NCBI GenBank assembly: GCA_014323825.1
Contig: JACONI010000072.1
Span: 5,398 to 69,397 of the forward strand
DNA: 64,000 nt
Source: Ekhidna sp.
GTDB taxonomy: Bacteria; Bacteroidota; Bacteroidia; Cytophagales; Cyclobacteriaceae
Direction of reading: 5' to 3'
The position numbers were made by a program, and so were the translations under genes. This document shows, piece by piece, positions 28,701 through 36,821 of this stretch. Every line of letters starts with the position of its first letter. The stretch's first letter is position 1. Under the pieces are notes generated by a model. That model was given only the letters and a program-made list of their open reading frames with translations. It did no database searches and was not told where the DNA came from.

Positions 28701-29019
28701 CTATCGGCCCTCCACCCGGTCGGGTAACAGCAATCTTCCAGTTGGAGCCGGCCTGTGTCATGAATCCTCCGTAAAGTGTAGGGATAAGCCCGCAATACAT
28801 CAGCGAAGACTTACCGCTGCCGGAAGTGCCCAGAATGGCTACAAATTTGTTGTCCGACAGCTTAACCAAAATCTCGTCGCTCTGACCTTCGCGCCCGAAG
28901 AAGAGATGACTTTCTTCAATACCGAATGGCCTCAGTCCCGGAAACGGATTGATAAGTTGGGTAATGTCAACAATATCGCGGGCTTCCTGCCCTTGAATAT
29001 CAATTTGTTTATTGCTCAT
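25726..29019 (-). CDS. nSTAND1-type P-loop NTPase + TM helix + coiled coil + WD40 beta-propeller
   Basis: NPFPGLRPF...FFGRE, Walker A GTSGSGKS (aa 64-71), Walker B ILVDQFEELF, TMRSDF, DQLPILQH; TM aa ~511-532; E/A/K/R coiled coil; WD repeats (VAYSNDG, VRFSPDG, IEFSPDN, IRIWD, ADFSPDG). Confidence 0.9.
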   Translation of the reverse strand: MSNKQIDIQGQEARDIVDITQLINPFPGLRPFGIEESHLFFGREGQSDEILVKLSDNKFVAILGTSGSGKSSLMYCGLIPTLYGGFMTQAGSNWKIAVTRPGGGPIDNLAEALLIKDREYSSLGDEDKLIRKTIMSTVLRSSSLGLVEVVRQLKTADHENILILVDQFEELFRYRKLEADTSDLDESSAFVNLLLEAIHQHDEPIYIALTMRSDFIGECAQFPDLTQMINDSHYLIPQMTRDQKRTAIEGPVAVGGGKIAPRLIQQLLNDVGDNPDQLPILQHTLMRTWSYWTDNRKEGEPIDLRHYNAVGTLREALSQHANEAYDSLTKREKEICEVMFKALTEKSSDSQGIRRPTKLSTIAAITGVNEDEVGRVVERFREPGRSLLMPPSGVMLESDTVVDISHESLMRIWIRLKRWLDEESKAAEMYLKLSEASERYQEGRAGLWQMPDLQLALNWRDENKPTLVWGQRYNPAFERTMVFLETSEKAYLTEQRNKEILQKKQVKRMRLTAVILAIATLITLTLVIFAFIKANDATKALKEAEKQKLEAEKQKAEAEAFSDLAQTRAAEAQKASTEAAEQRDAALAATKRAETSLALARQREQEANEARRQAQEQQKAAERAKEEADKQREAADAERLKAEEATKRAERLRYQSLAQSMAIKASNILPEDTAQAELRGLVARQAYLFYEEYKDEGKDYNGDIYAGVYSALQGIYEVKYGTATPLVGDSALNQYRVPLTPEAKQAKGTRSVAYSNDGNSMFSANSDGEVIKWDVETRDYEVIFQNDNVSRVVNISPDEKYLALGTDEDNILLFNIKDIEADPIRIGGHEGGTVFDLVFLPDNSGFISVGEDNRILKSDFKTSQELARSKVRINKIALSSDAVTLAGGGRDGHVYLWNLSRIEEKPSKLIKTEDNEGTESSGNLRRKKRRPSIRSVRFSPDGKFLAYGSEDGAIVLWNLEKDEQEQPTLAGFRAPVTDIEFSPDNRLIIGTSTNRQIRIWDTRNLYDLPIVLRDYKAPGFEKGWVYDADFSPDGKFFVTAAADGNIRRYPAKVDKMAAEICSHITLGNMSPNEWIQYVGVEIPYEKTCNIDKQRKDN

Positions 29020-30530
29020 TAGCTTTTAATTTTAGTTAGAAAGGGTTTCAAGTGTTCAGGCGTGAAGAATCCTCCGTTGTTACCTAACACTAACGCATTA
29101 TTTTTCTTATAGTGTTCAAGATCTACATCCTTTTGACCGTCAAAATAAACCGCTTTAGCCTTTAAAGGTTTCTTGCGGCCAAAACCGGGTGCTTTAAGCA
29201 AGTCCTGTAATTTTGTCTTTATCCAATCTTCGGTAGCCTCACCGAAGTATATGATTGATGCGTCGCATCTTCTTAAATTCTCTTGGTGAATGTACCTAAG
29301 GTCGACCAAATCTCCTTCATAGCTGGGAGATACAACATGGAATCCTTTTTTCTTCAGGTAATCCTGTAATTTATCTATCTGATCAATATCTCTTTTATCT
29401 GCAATCAGATAGATCATTTTGGCCTGATCACCTTCTTTCTGACCTTCCGGTCTTTCCATTCCTCTTTTATTCCTGAATCGTCCTCCCGTAACCAACTCCT
29501 CCTGTATGATGGTCTTTAATTTCTGTAACTGAATCTGGAGCACTTCAACCTCTTCCAGTGCAGCGGCATCACTTTTCAGGTCTTCAATGAAGATTTTCTG
29601 ACGCTCGGTAACGTTTTTCAAATCAGGGGAGACCCAAATTAATCTGCTGAACGGCTGTTTGTTTTTTTCATCTAACGAGTTATTTTTCTCAACCATTTGA
29701 TAGGTATGGTCGGAAGCAACTCTATTTTGAATGTCCACAACGGATAATTTCGAACCTTTAGGTTGATGTCCATAATCTTCCCCTACTATGTGTATTGAAA
29801 GACAACACCTCTCCAAATCCTCCCTAATCATTTGATCCAGTGCTTTAGCTTCCTTAGGCAGCGAATGGTCAGGCAATACTTTGTAACCATGCCTAATCAG
29901 TTCTCTTTTGATAATATCACGATGAGTTACCATATCAACACCGGTACTTGCCAAATACACTGTCTTTTCTCTGGGAATTGTATTATAACTACCTTCGGCT
30001 TTGCTTTTTCCTTTGGTATGAAGCACGCGGCTGACATCATAAGCCATGTCTACCAACTTCGTCCAATAACTGCGTTCAGCATCATTACCAAAAAAATGTA
30101 TAAACTCCTGAGAATCTCCTGTTAATGGATCTATCAAATAAAAATCATAAGTCAAGAGCTCTTCAAACTCCGGCAGCTTAGGATCGGGATCATAGGGTTT
30201 TTTCAAGATTTTAAAAACTCTGGGTATGCCGTCTGCGATAAACTTTTCAACCTCCTTTAATTTTTTTCCGTACAGGTTCAATATCTTTATTATATTGGCA
30301 TTTTCCGTGAAATTTTCAGTAATCACGGTAAGCACAACGTTAAAACTATTCAGTTCAGAGGGGTCGAAGTTTTTTTCATTGATGAGTTTAATTTTAATGT
30401 TTTCTTTTGTGCTCTGATACATGAGCGTTGAAAAGAATCGGTGAAAATTAGTCACCCACCCTCTGACATCTCCCTTAACGGGCTGATCATCTTTGGTAGA
30501 ATAAATCAAGGCTATGTTTTTGTTGCTCAT
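29019..30530 (-). CDS. Protein with three tandem TIR/DUF4062-like domains
   Basis: Domain 1 IALIYSTKDD...GWVTNFH; domain 2 TVYLAST...RELIRHGYKVLP...SIHIVGEDYG; domain 3 IYLIADKRD...YLKKKGFHV...RCDASIIYFG...W. Stop overlaps the STAND ATG (TAATG). Confidence 0.65.
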   Translation of the reverse strand: MSNKNIALIYSTKDDQPVKGDVRGWVTNFHRFFSTLMYQSTKENIKIKLINEKNFDPSELNSFNVVLTVITENFTENANIIKILNLYGKKLKEVEKFIADGIPRVFKILKKPYDPDPKLPEFEELLTYDFYLIDPLTGDSQEFIHFFGNDAERSYWTKLVDMAYDVSRVLHTKGKSKAEGSYNTIPREKTVYLASTGVDMVTHRDIIKRELIRHGYKVLPDHSLPKEAKALDQMIREDLERCCLSIHIVGEDYGHQPKGSKLSVVDIQNRVASDHTYQMVEKNNSLDEKNKQPFSRLIWVSPDLKNVTERQKIFIEDLKSDAAALEEVEVLQIQLQKLKTIIQEELVTGGRFRNKRGMERPEGQKEGDQAKMIYLIADKRDIDQIDKLQDYLKKKGFHVVSPSYEGDLVDLRYIHQENLRRCDASIIYFGEATEDWIKTKLQDLLKAPGFGRKKPLKAKAVYFDGQKDVDLEHYKKNNALVLGNNGGFFTPEHLKPFLTKIKS

Positions 30531-30562
30531 GAGATTTATTTGTTGTAAATTTACTTTTCTAA

Positions 30563-33500
30563 TCAGTTATCTCCAAATAAAACATCTACAATTACCTCTT
30601 CCTCTTGTGTTTCTCCATTCATAATATCTATCCAACACTCCAAAATTTCCGTATGCCTGGACATTAAATTGAGCAATTCTTCTTTCCTTATATATAGAAG
30701 CGTACACTCACTCCCTGCTAAAGCCGTAAACTCAAATTTTTCAGTTTCCAGGAGGATTTTTTCCCCAAACACTCCATTTTCTTCTCTCTCCCCGACTTTA
30801 TGAGCACCTTCATAAATGTTTACTACTCCATCCAGTACGATATAAAAAGGTTCCGATCCCTTCTTCCCCTCTTTTATTATTATATCGCCAAGTTTAACAT
30901 TAACTTCTTCAATCACCTCAGCCATGTAAGTGATGACCTCGCCCGGAATTCGTTTAAAAAGTTCTATTTTTCTAAGTATAATAACCCGCTCAATCAGCAA
31001 TAACTTTTGATGGAATCTCTCTTCCTTAGCTCTAAATATCGGAGGTAATATGGCTTTATCAAGCGCTTTCTTAATTGTAGGTTTAAGTCTCTTGGTGTGG
31101 TTATGATACGCCTCTTTTTCTATTTTATAAATGGCAAAAGCGGCGGTCTGCCGAAGTAACGGATCAGGGTTAAACAGATTTGCAATTAAGTCAGCGGTAA
31201 TGTGTGTACTAAGTTCACTGAATCTGAACATTGCAAGTGCTTTGGTGTACCTGTTGATTCTATTATAATCTCTGTTGATTATCTGAAGGAGTAAATCTTC
31301 ATAAGAATCAAAATCTTCCGGGGGATAATTATTTTGCAACTTTGCGAGTCTATCATTAATTTTCAGGTCGTCCATGATAGGCAGAAGTTTGGGTTTCAAT
31401 TCTTCTTCCACAAAAATATCCATCATTTCTACGGCAAACGTTATGCTGTCCGTAGTTCCATTCATGATATTTTCTTTTGCCAGTTTCACACTCTGAGGAT
31501 CGTAAAGCATGGAGAGAAGCATAAAGATATTATCATAATTATTAATATCTTCTTCCACCATCGCTGACTTCATCAATACATCTGTCTCATGCTCTTCGGG
31601 AATTTCCAAACTCGATTTTATGTTCCAGGCTATATCTCCGATTTCTGTTTCTAATGAAAGTTTAATTCGGGCTGACTGAAAATCTCTTGCCACAAACCCG
31701 GAATAGCTCAATGAAAGTAATAATTGAGTAAGGATTTTCCGGTCAGGGAAGTCAATCTTTTTCCAGAGTAATTCAACCGCTCCTCTGCCTCCTATTCTTC
31801 CAATAATTTGAATAATCCTGAGCATCGTCAAGTGGTGTTGACCCGTTTTATAAAATGCAGTATCCAGGGTGTGGAAGGCACTTTCTCCTGCCAGTTTAAG
31901 GGCGGACATTGCAACATTCCCATACGCCGAAAGGTGAAGGTTTTCAATCAAAACAGGCCAAAGTTCCGGTCTTCTTACCTTACCGGCACTCAGCATAGCG
32001 GCAGTTCTTACATCGGGATTAATATCTCGAAGTAATTCGACGATATAAGCAATGTGTCTATCTTCCGTAGCCATTGCCAACAACTTGGCACCTCTTATCC
32101 TCTTGTTTGCGTCGGCTGATCTTACTAATTCTTTGATGGAGACATCTGTTAAATCGAATGAAACAGCCCCTTTAAGCTTCCTCACTGTCTCTTTTGCGAC
32201 AAGAAGCACCTCTTGGTTTCCTTCGGATTTGAAATCCCTGAAGATGATATCGTAGGCCTCCCAACAGAGTCTCTCCCCGAGCTTTTGATAGCCATATTTG
32301 CGAAGCTCAGGATTTCTATGATTGATCAAATCCAGAAGGGTGAACTCAAATTCAACAGGGTCAAGTTTTTCAAAAAGTTTTAAAGCATTAATAACACGAT
32401 CAACTTCTTTTGATTTAATCTCACTTTTCAAAATACTAATCGTATTATTTTCATTTCTCTTACCTTCTCCTTTAAGCCCCGCTTTCTGTTTTTCGAGTGT
32501 TTTTTTCAATGTTTTCTTATATTCCTCAAACAGTTTTGAGGAGAGATAAATCACCATTCCTGCCAACACTAAGATAAAGTACGAATAATGAATCAGCTTA
32601 AAGAAAACCAGCAATCCGAAAGCCATTTGAATAGCACCGGCTAGAAAAGCGCCTACTTCACTGATGACTCCCTCAATTCTTGTTTGAATATCAAAGCGAA
32701 TCTTAAAGTCCAGCGGCAAAAAGAATAACTTAAATGCAGGGCCTTCAAGCGCATCTCTCAGCGCGGCTGTAAATAATCTTGCCGTTCCGGTCAATACGAA
32801 AAATAGAATGAAGTTATCTGTTTTGATTTCATACCCAAAAATATGACCGGCAGTAATTGCCCCCACAGTGAACAGGATGAGAATGAGGGGCATTGTCATT
32901 AAAGCAACTTTCAATCCGAATCGACCTATTATAAGATCATTAACAAAACTTTGTATAAAGAATGAGACGAGTATAACTGTTCCGGAGAAAAAGGATAAAA
33001 AATTGGAAAGATCATCCTCATCAGGATACATCGTTTCCGTTGCACTCAAAAATGTATATTCGGTAAAAATGGCTACACCGGTAGAGAAAACAAGAAATAC
33101 GGAGAGCAGCTGCAAATATTTATCCTTCAACAGAGTCACAAAACTCACTTTCCTGACCTCTTCGCCTTTCAGGATATTTGATGCCTTATTGAGATTGAAA
33201 TTGATGGTTAGCAAAAGTGTAAACACAAAGACACCAATAGAGGCCACAGATGATATTAACAGCAAATCATACGTTTCATCAATTACGTAAGTAGTTAAAA
33301 CCGGAATACTAAAGAAAGCAATCATTGTTGCCATCAACTGACCCGTATCAATTCCTCCAATGATTCTCTTTGAAGCACGCAGGTCGAATATCCTACCAAA
33401 AATCCCCCAAAAGCCCACAAGAATTATTGTTGTTACCGGGCCGATCATTACAAATAAAACAAAAGGCAGGATTTGGAACTCACCCTTCAGCGAGTCATCA

Positions 33501-33820
33501 TATCCAATAAACTCAAAAGCGATACGAATTCCGCCGATAAATACCAGAAGCAGGAAAGTAGTGGAGAGAATGAGTGTTGAGTAATTGATTTTTCGCTGGA
33601 GATATACAAAAATGGCGGTACTGACTATACCGGCGGCCCCGGCCATAAAAAAAGCGTTATCCAACCATTCATCTCCTAAGACATCTAAAAACAGGGTCTC
33701 AGCTCCTATCTGATAGGTTGCCAGAAGAATACCCATAAAGAAACCTTTGCCAAGTAGTAAAAGCATTGGTTTTTCTTCACCCCTCTCTCCTCCTAAGAAC
33801 TTTAAAAAAGCTTGGATCAC
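30563..33820 (-). CDS. NTT/Npt1-like (ADP/ATP translocase family) membrane domain fused to HEAT repeats and a C-terminal cNMP-binding domain
   Basis: About 12 hydrophobic segments with FWG.FGRIFDLRASKRI.G.I..G and PAFKLFFLPL motifs; HEAT units (LLRDINPDVRTAA, LFNPDPLLRQTAA); cNMP fold ERV.ILRKIELF...GDIIIKEG...FYIVLDG.V...FGE. Confidence 0.82.
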   Translation of the reverse strand: MIQAFLKFLGGERGEEKPMLLLLGKGFFMGILLATYQIGAETLFLDVLGDEWLDNAFFMAGAAGIVSTAIFVYLQRKINYSTLILSTTFLLLVFIGGIRIAFEFIGYDDSLKGEFQILPFVLFVMIGPVTTIILVGFWGIFGRIFDLRASKRIIGGIDTGQLMATMIAFFSIPVLTTYVIDETYDLLLISSVASIGVFVFTLLLTINFNLNKASNILKGEEVRKVSFVTLLKDKYLQLLSVFLVFSTGVAIFTEYTFLSATETMYPDEDDLSNFLSFFSGTVILVSFFIQSFVNDLIIGRFGLKVALMTMPLILILFTVGAITAGHIFGYEIKTDNFILFFVLTGTARLFTAALRDALEGPAFKLFFLPLDFKIRFDIQTRIEGVISEVGAFLAGAIQMAFGLLVFFKLIHYSYFILVLAGMVIYLSSKLFEEYKKTLKKTLEKQKAGLKGEGKRNENNTISILKSEIKSKEVDRVINALKLFEKLDPVEFEFTLLDLINHRNPELRKYGYQKLGERLCWEAYDIIFRDFKSEGNQEVLLVAKETVRKLKGAVSFDLTDVSIKELVRSADANKRIRGAKLLAMATEDRHIAYIVELLRDINPDVRTAAMLSAGKVRRPELWPVLIENLHLSAYGNVAMSALKLAGESAFHTLDTAFYKTGQHHLTMLRIIQIIGRIGGRGAVELLWKKIDFPDRKILTQLLLSLSYSGFVARDFQSARIKLSLETEIGDIAWNIKSSLEIPEEHETDVLMKSAMVEEDINNYDNIFMLLSMLYDPQSVKLAKENIMNGTTDSITFAVEMMDIFVEEELKPKLLPIMDDLKINDRLAKLQNNYPPEDFDSYEDLLLQIINRDYNRINRYTKALAMFRFSELSTHITADLIANLFNPDPLLRQTAAFAIYKIEKEAYHNHTKRLKPTIKKALDKAILPPIFRAKEERFHQKLLLIERVIILRKIELFKRIPGEVITYMAEVIEEVNVKLGDIIIKEGKKGSEPFYIVLDGVVNIYEGAHKVGEREENGVFGEKILLETEKFEFTALAGSECTLLYIRKEELLNLMSRHTEILECWIDIMNGETQEEEVIVDVLFGDN

Positions 33821-33925
33821 AATTATAAATATATTATATGGCTATAAATTAAATAACTATAAATGGAAATATTCAAAAATTACCGTTATAAAATGTACAT
33901 TAAAAATTGAACGCAAATAGTTTAA

Positions 33926-34750
33926 TTATTTCTTCTTTTTATTACTTTCTCTGGCAGTACTTTTTCCTTTTCTCTTGAGCTGGCTGTTGTAGTCAAACAT
34001 ATAGGCAACTCCTAAAGTTGCAATACCGTGGTAGTATTCAAAATTTTCACGGTAACTGTCAAAAGCTAAAAAATCATCGCTGTCATTAGTGCCCATGTTA
34101 CTATGCACCCACGTATATCTAAAGTCGAATTGCAAGCGGCCGCCGCCCTGAATATCAAAAAACAAGCCGCCGCCCGCAGTAAGCCCGAATTGTAGTCGAT
34201 TAGGGTTACTTATATAGGCAGGATCAAAGTTGTCTGCCTCCAATAAAGCAGACTCTTTAAAGGTGATGGTGTATTCGACCGGTAAGGCGTTTTCATTTTC
34301 GTCAATTCCGGCAGGAGTAGACTCGTCAAACTCTTCGAGTGATATTTTTCCTTTTCCACCTAACCAAAATGAAATCCTCGGCCCGCCGTTTATATAGTAG
34401 TGAAACGGAACACGACCAAGCGTAATTCTTAACATTACCGGCACTGATAAAAAATGGTTGGTCATCTCCGTACTTACGTTTTCACCATCTGTGGCTAAAT
34501 CCGTAATTTTCTTTCCTATCTTCTCGTATAATAATTCTCCATACACAGCATACCTGTCGGTGGCCGAATAGCTGACTGCTAATCCGGCCTGAAAATTCCA
34601 ATTTTTAGGGATATTAAAAGAATCACTTTCATAAGTGCTTTCCTGAAAAATATGATCTATATAGCTAAACCCAACTTTGGGACCAAACCAATACTGGGCA
34701 AACACCGAAGAGGTGAAAAAGGAAAAAGCAAAAACAAGAAGATATCTCAT
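33926..34750 (-). CDS. PorT-like/porin-family outer-membrane beta-barrel
   Basis: Signal peptide (VFA|Q), WFGPKVG, LSVPVMLRI, YINGGPRISFW, LQFDFRY, ATLGVAYMF. Confidence 0.8.
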   Translation of the reverse strand: MRYLLVFAFSFFTSSVFAQYWFGPKVGFSYIDHIFQESTYESDSFNIPKNWNFQAGLAVSYSATDRYAVYGELLYEKIGKKITDLATDGENVSTEMTNHFLSVPVMLRITLGRVPFHYYINGGPRISFWLGGKGKISLEEFDESTPAGIDENENALPVEYTITFKESALLEADNFDPAYISNPNRLQFGLTAGGGLFFDIQGGGRLQFDFRYTWVHSNMGTNDSDDFLAFDSYRENFEYYHGIATLGVAYMFDYNSQLKRKGKSTARESNKKKK

Positions 34751-34827
34751 TGATTGTAATTTACCGGCGTAATAATAATAAATAAAAGCATTTTTACTAA
34801 GACTTTTATCAGATATTTACGGCAAAA

Positions 34828-34860
34828 TAATTTTGATTCTCTACTATTCGGGCAAATGTA
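34828..34860. promoter_or_regulatory. Overlapping divergent -7 elements
   Basis: TAATTTTG (+, 34828-34835) toward PorP-SPOR and TACATTTG (-, 34853-34860) toward the barrel/NTT arm. Confidence 0.45.
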
Positions 34861-34940
34861 AACCTAGTATTTGTTACGGTGTTAGAGTGATGATGTAATA
34901 ATTTATCTATTTTAGAACTTGAAACTTAACATATTTCTAC

Positions 34941-36821
34941 TTGAGAAAAGATAGCAATTTTAGATTTTACCGCTCCGCCCGCAGCGGCTTTCTCATTCTG
35001 ATTGGCATCATCGGAAATTTTATCACTGCCTCTGCACAACAGCCGCAGGTATATAATCAATTTTTCATGAATCCCTACATATATAACCCGGCTTACGCAG
35101 GTGTAGAGGGGCATGCAACCTTTTTTCTAACTCACAGAAATCAGTGGGCTAATATTGAATCTGCTCCTACTTTATCTGATTTTAGCTTTCATGTGCCTTT
35201 AAAAGGCGGGGTAGCCTTAGGTGCTTCAGCCTTTAATATCACACAAGGGTTACTTGAGACCTCAGCAGTCAAAGTGACAGGATCATATTTAGTTAATATC
35301 GACAGAACACACTTTTTAAGATTTGGAATGTCCTTAGGAGCCGGAATCAATTCTGTAAACCTGAATGAATTGGCAGATGCTGCCGGTGATCCTGCCATAG
35401 CCGGATTTTTAGATGAATCCACATTTTTTCTGGGAGATTTCGGCATGACGTATCATTTCGGACATTTCAATGTTGGTTTTGCATTGCCTAACCTTTTTTC
35501 TTATAACCCAATCACCCAAACCGAACTATCATCTCCGGAATTTTCCCCTGTTGACAACGTCCTCTTCAAAATGAATTACAGGGGACATGTGAGCGACGAT
35601 TTTGCATTTGAACCTCACCTGATTTACAGGTATAGCAGCGTAATACCTCATCAGTACGAAGCAGTTTTAATCGCTCATTTATATCATATTGCATGGGTTG
35701 GGGGATCTTACCGTCAGGATTCAGGAATTATTGGGTTAGCCGGAGCAAAAATTAAAGAAAAAATAGGGTTGGGTTTTTCTTATGAACTGGGCAATCCCAA
35801 TATCTCCTCTCAGTTAGGCCCTACCCTTGAAGTCACGCTAGGCTACCATTTAGGTACAAAAAAGGAACATGCAGAACACGTCTCAAGCTTTATCAAAAGT
35901 CATCGGCTATCTGCTGAAGAAAGGGCCAAAAAGGCCGAATTAGAAAGAGAAAGACAACTCGCAGCCTTAAAAGAGAGCAGAAATCAACAGGAGAACGCAG
36001 GAGATGAAAGTCAACCCGATACTGTCGGGTCAAATACTCCGGACACAGAGGCTTCAGGATCAAATACTCCGGACACAGGTACATCTCTAAAGCGGCTGGA
36101 AGCAGCGGCCGCTATTCCAACCGAAAGGGCGGACGATTGGAACCATCGGGAGGAGCAAGAACCCGTCACAAGAACAAACCAATTTGGTGAAGAGGAAACA
36201 GGAATAAGGTTAGAAAAGCAAGGTGCAAGTGAGGAAAAGAGTATCGTATTTAGCTGGGTTCCTTCAAGTGAAGCAGAAAACCTGAGCGTTGCGGATAAAG
36301 GTCACCTGGAAAGACAACTTCCGGATGGCACCAAAGAAGTGGGTATTAAATACGAAAAAATCAACCCGGAAGGAGAGACGGAGCATATCATAAAATGGGA
36401 TCGGGCTATTTCCGAGAACCAGGCCGAACTCATTGTCTCCAATCCTGACATGACAGAAGAACAACATGAGCAGATAGAGAAAGGCAACCCGCAGCTAACA
36501 GAAGATTTTAGGACACATGAAGAGCTGGCTAACTCAAAGGACGTAGTTTCCACCATAAGAGGCTCTCATTTGCTTGAACTGCCTGCCGGTAATTTTGTGA
36601 TCGGAGGTGCGTTTTCTGTTTTTGACAATGCCGTAAATTACAGCGACGAACTGTTCCTGGAAGGCTACCATGACACTTTTGTGGGATATTCTTCTGCACG
36701 CGGATACTATTATGTGGTTGTTTTTCAGTCTCCGAATATCAATAGAGTTAAATCAAAAAGGGATCAGTTTAGAAAACGAAATAACTTATCAAAAGCATGG
36801 GTATTAGAAGTTACGGAATAA
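34941..36821 (+). CDS. PorP/SprF-family T9SS barrel fused to a linker and a C-terminal SPOR-like domain
   Basis: QQPQVYNQFFMNPYIYNPAYAG...THRNQW, GFSYE...LEVTLGY typical of PorP/SprF; C-terminus FVIGGAFSVFDNA...YYYVVV...AWVL resembles SPOR. Confidence 0.85.
   Translation: MRKDSNFRFYRSARSGFLILIGIIGNFITASAQQPQVYNQFFMNPYIYNPAYAGVEGHATFFLTHRNQWANIESAPTLSDFSFHVPLKGGVALGASAFNITQGLLETSAVKVTGSYLVNIDRTHFLRFGMSLGAGINSVNLNELADAAGDPAIAGFLDESTFFLGDFGMTYHFGHFNVGFALPNLFSYNPITQTELSSPEFSPVDNVLFKMNYRGHVSDDFAFEPHLIYRYSSVIPHQYEAVLIAHLYHIAWVGGSYRQDSGIIGLAGAKIKEKIGLGFSYELGNPNISSQLGPTLEVTLGYHLGTKKEHAEHVSSFIKSHRLSAEERAKKAELERERQLAALKESRNQQENAGDESQPDTVGSNTPDTEASGSNTPDTGTSLKRLEAAAAIPTERADDWNHREEQEPVTRTNQFGEEETGIRLEKQGASEEKSIVFSWVPSSEAENLSVADKGHLERQLPDGTKEVGIKYEKINPEGETEHIIKWDRAISENQAELIVSNPDMTEEQHEQIEKGNPQLTEDFRTHEELANSKDVVSTIRGSHLLELPAGNFVIGGAFSVFDNAVNYSDELFLEGYHDTFVGYSSARGYYYVVVFQSPNINRVKSKRDQFRKRNNLSKAWVLEVTE
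36030..36078. repeat. 30-nt-period tandem duplication (SNTPDT x2) in the PorP-SPOR linker
   Basis: tcaaatactccggacacag at 36030 and 36060. Confidence 0.85.

Noticed and set aside
25726-29019. Calling the STAND gene a named Avs antiphage system or a Hat/HatR carbon-uptake protein
   Set aside because: It has no fused nuclease or effector, has a TM helix and WD40 rather than TPR sensors, and the Hat/HatR label reflects WD40 similarity only. The gamma-CA 28 kb away is in the housekeeping block.
36030-36078. Short direct repeats as a CRISPR array
   Set aside because: Two copies, in-frame coding, no spacers and no cas genes; the REP-like units also lack regular spacing.
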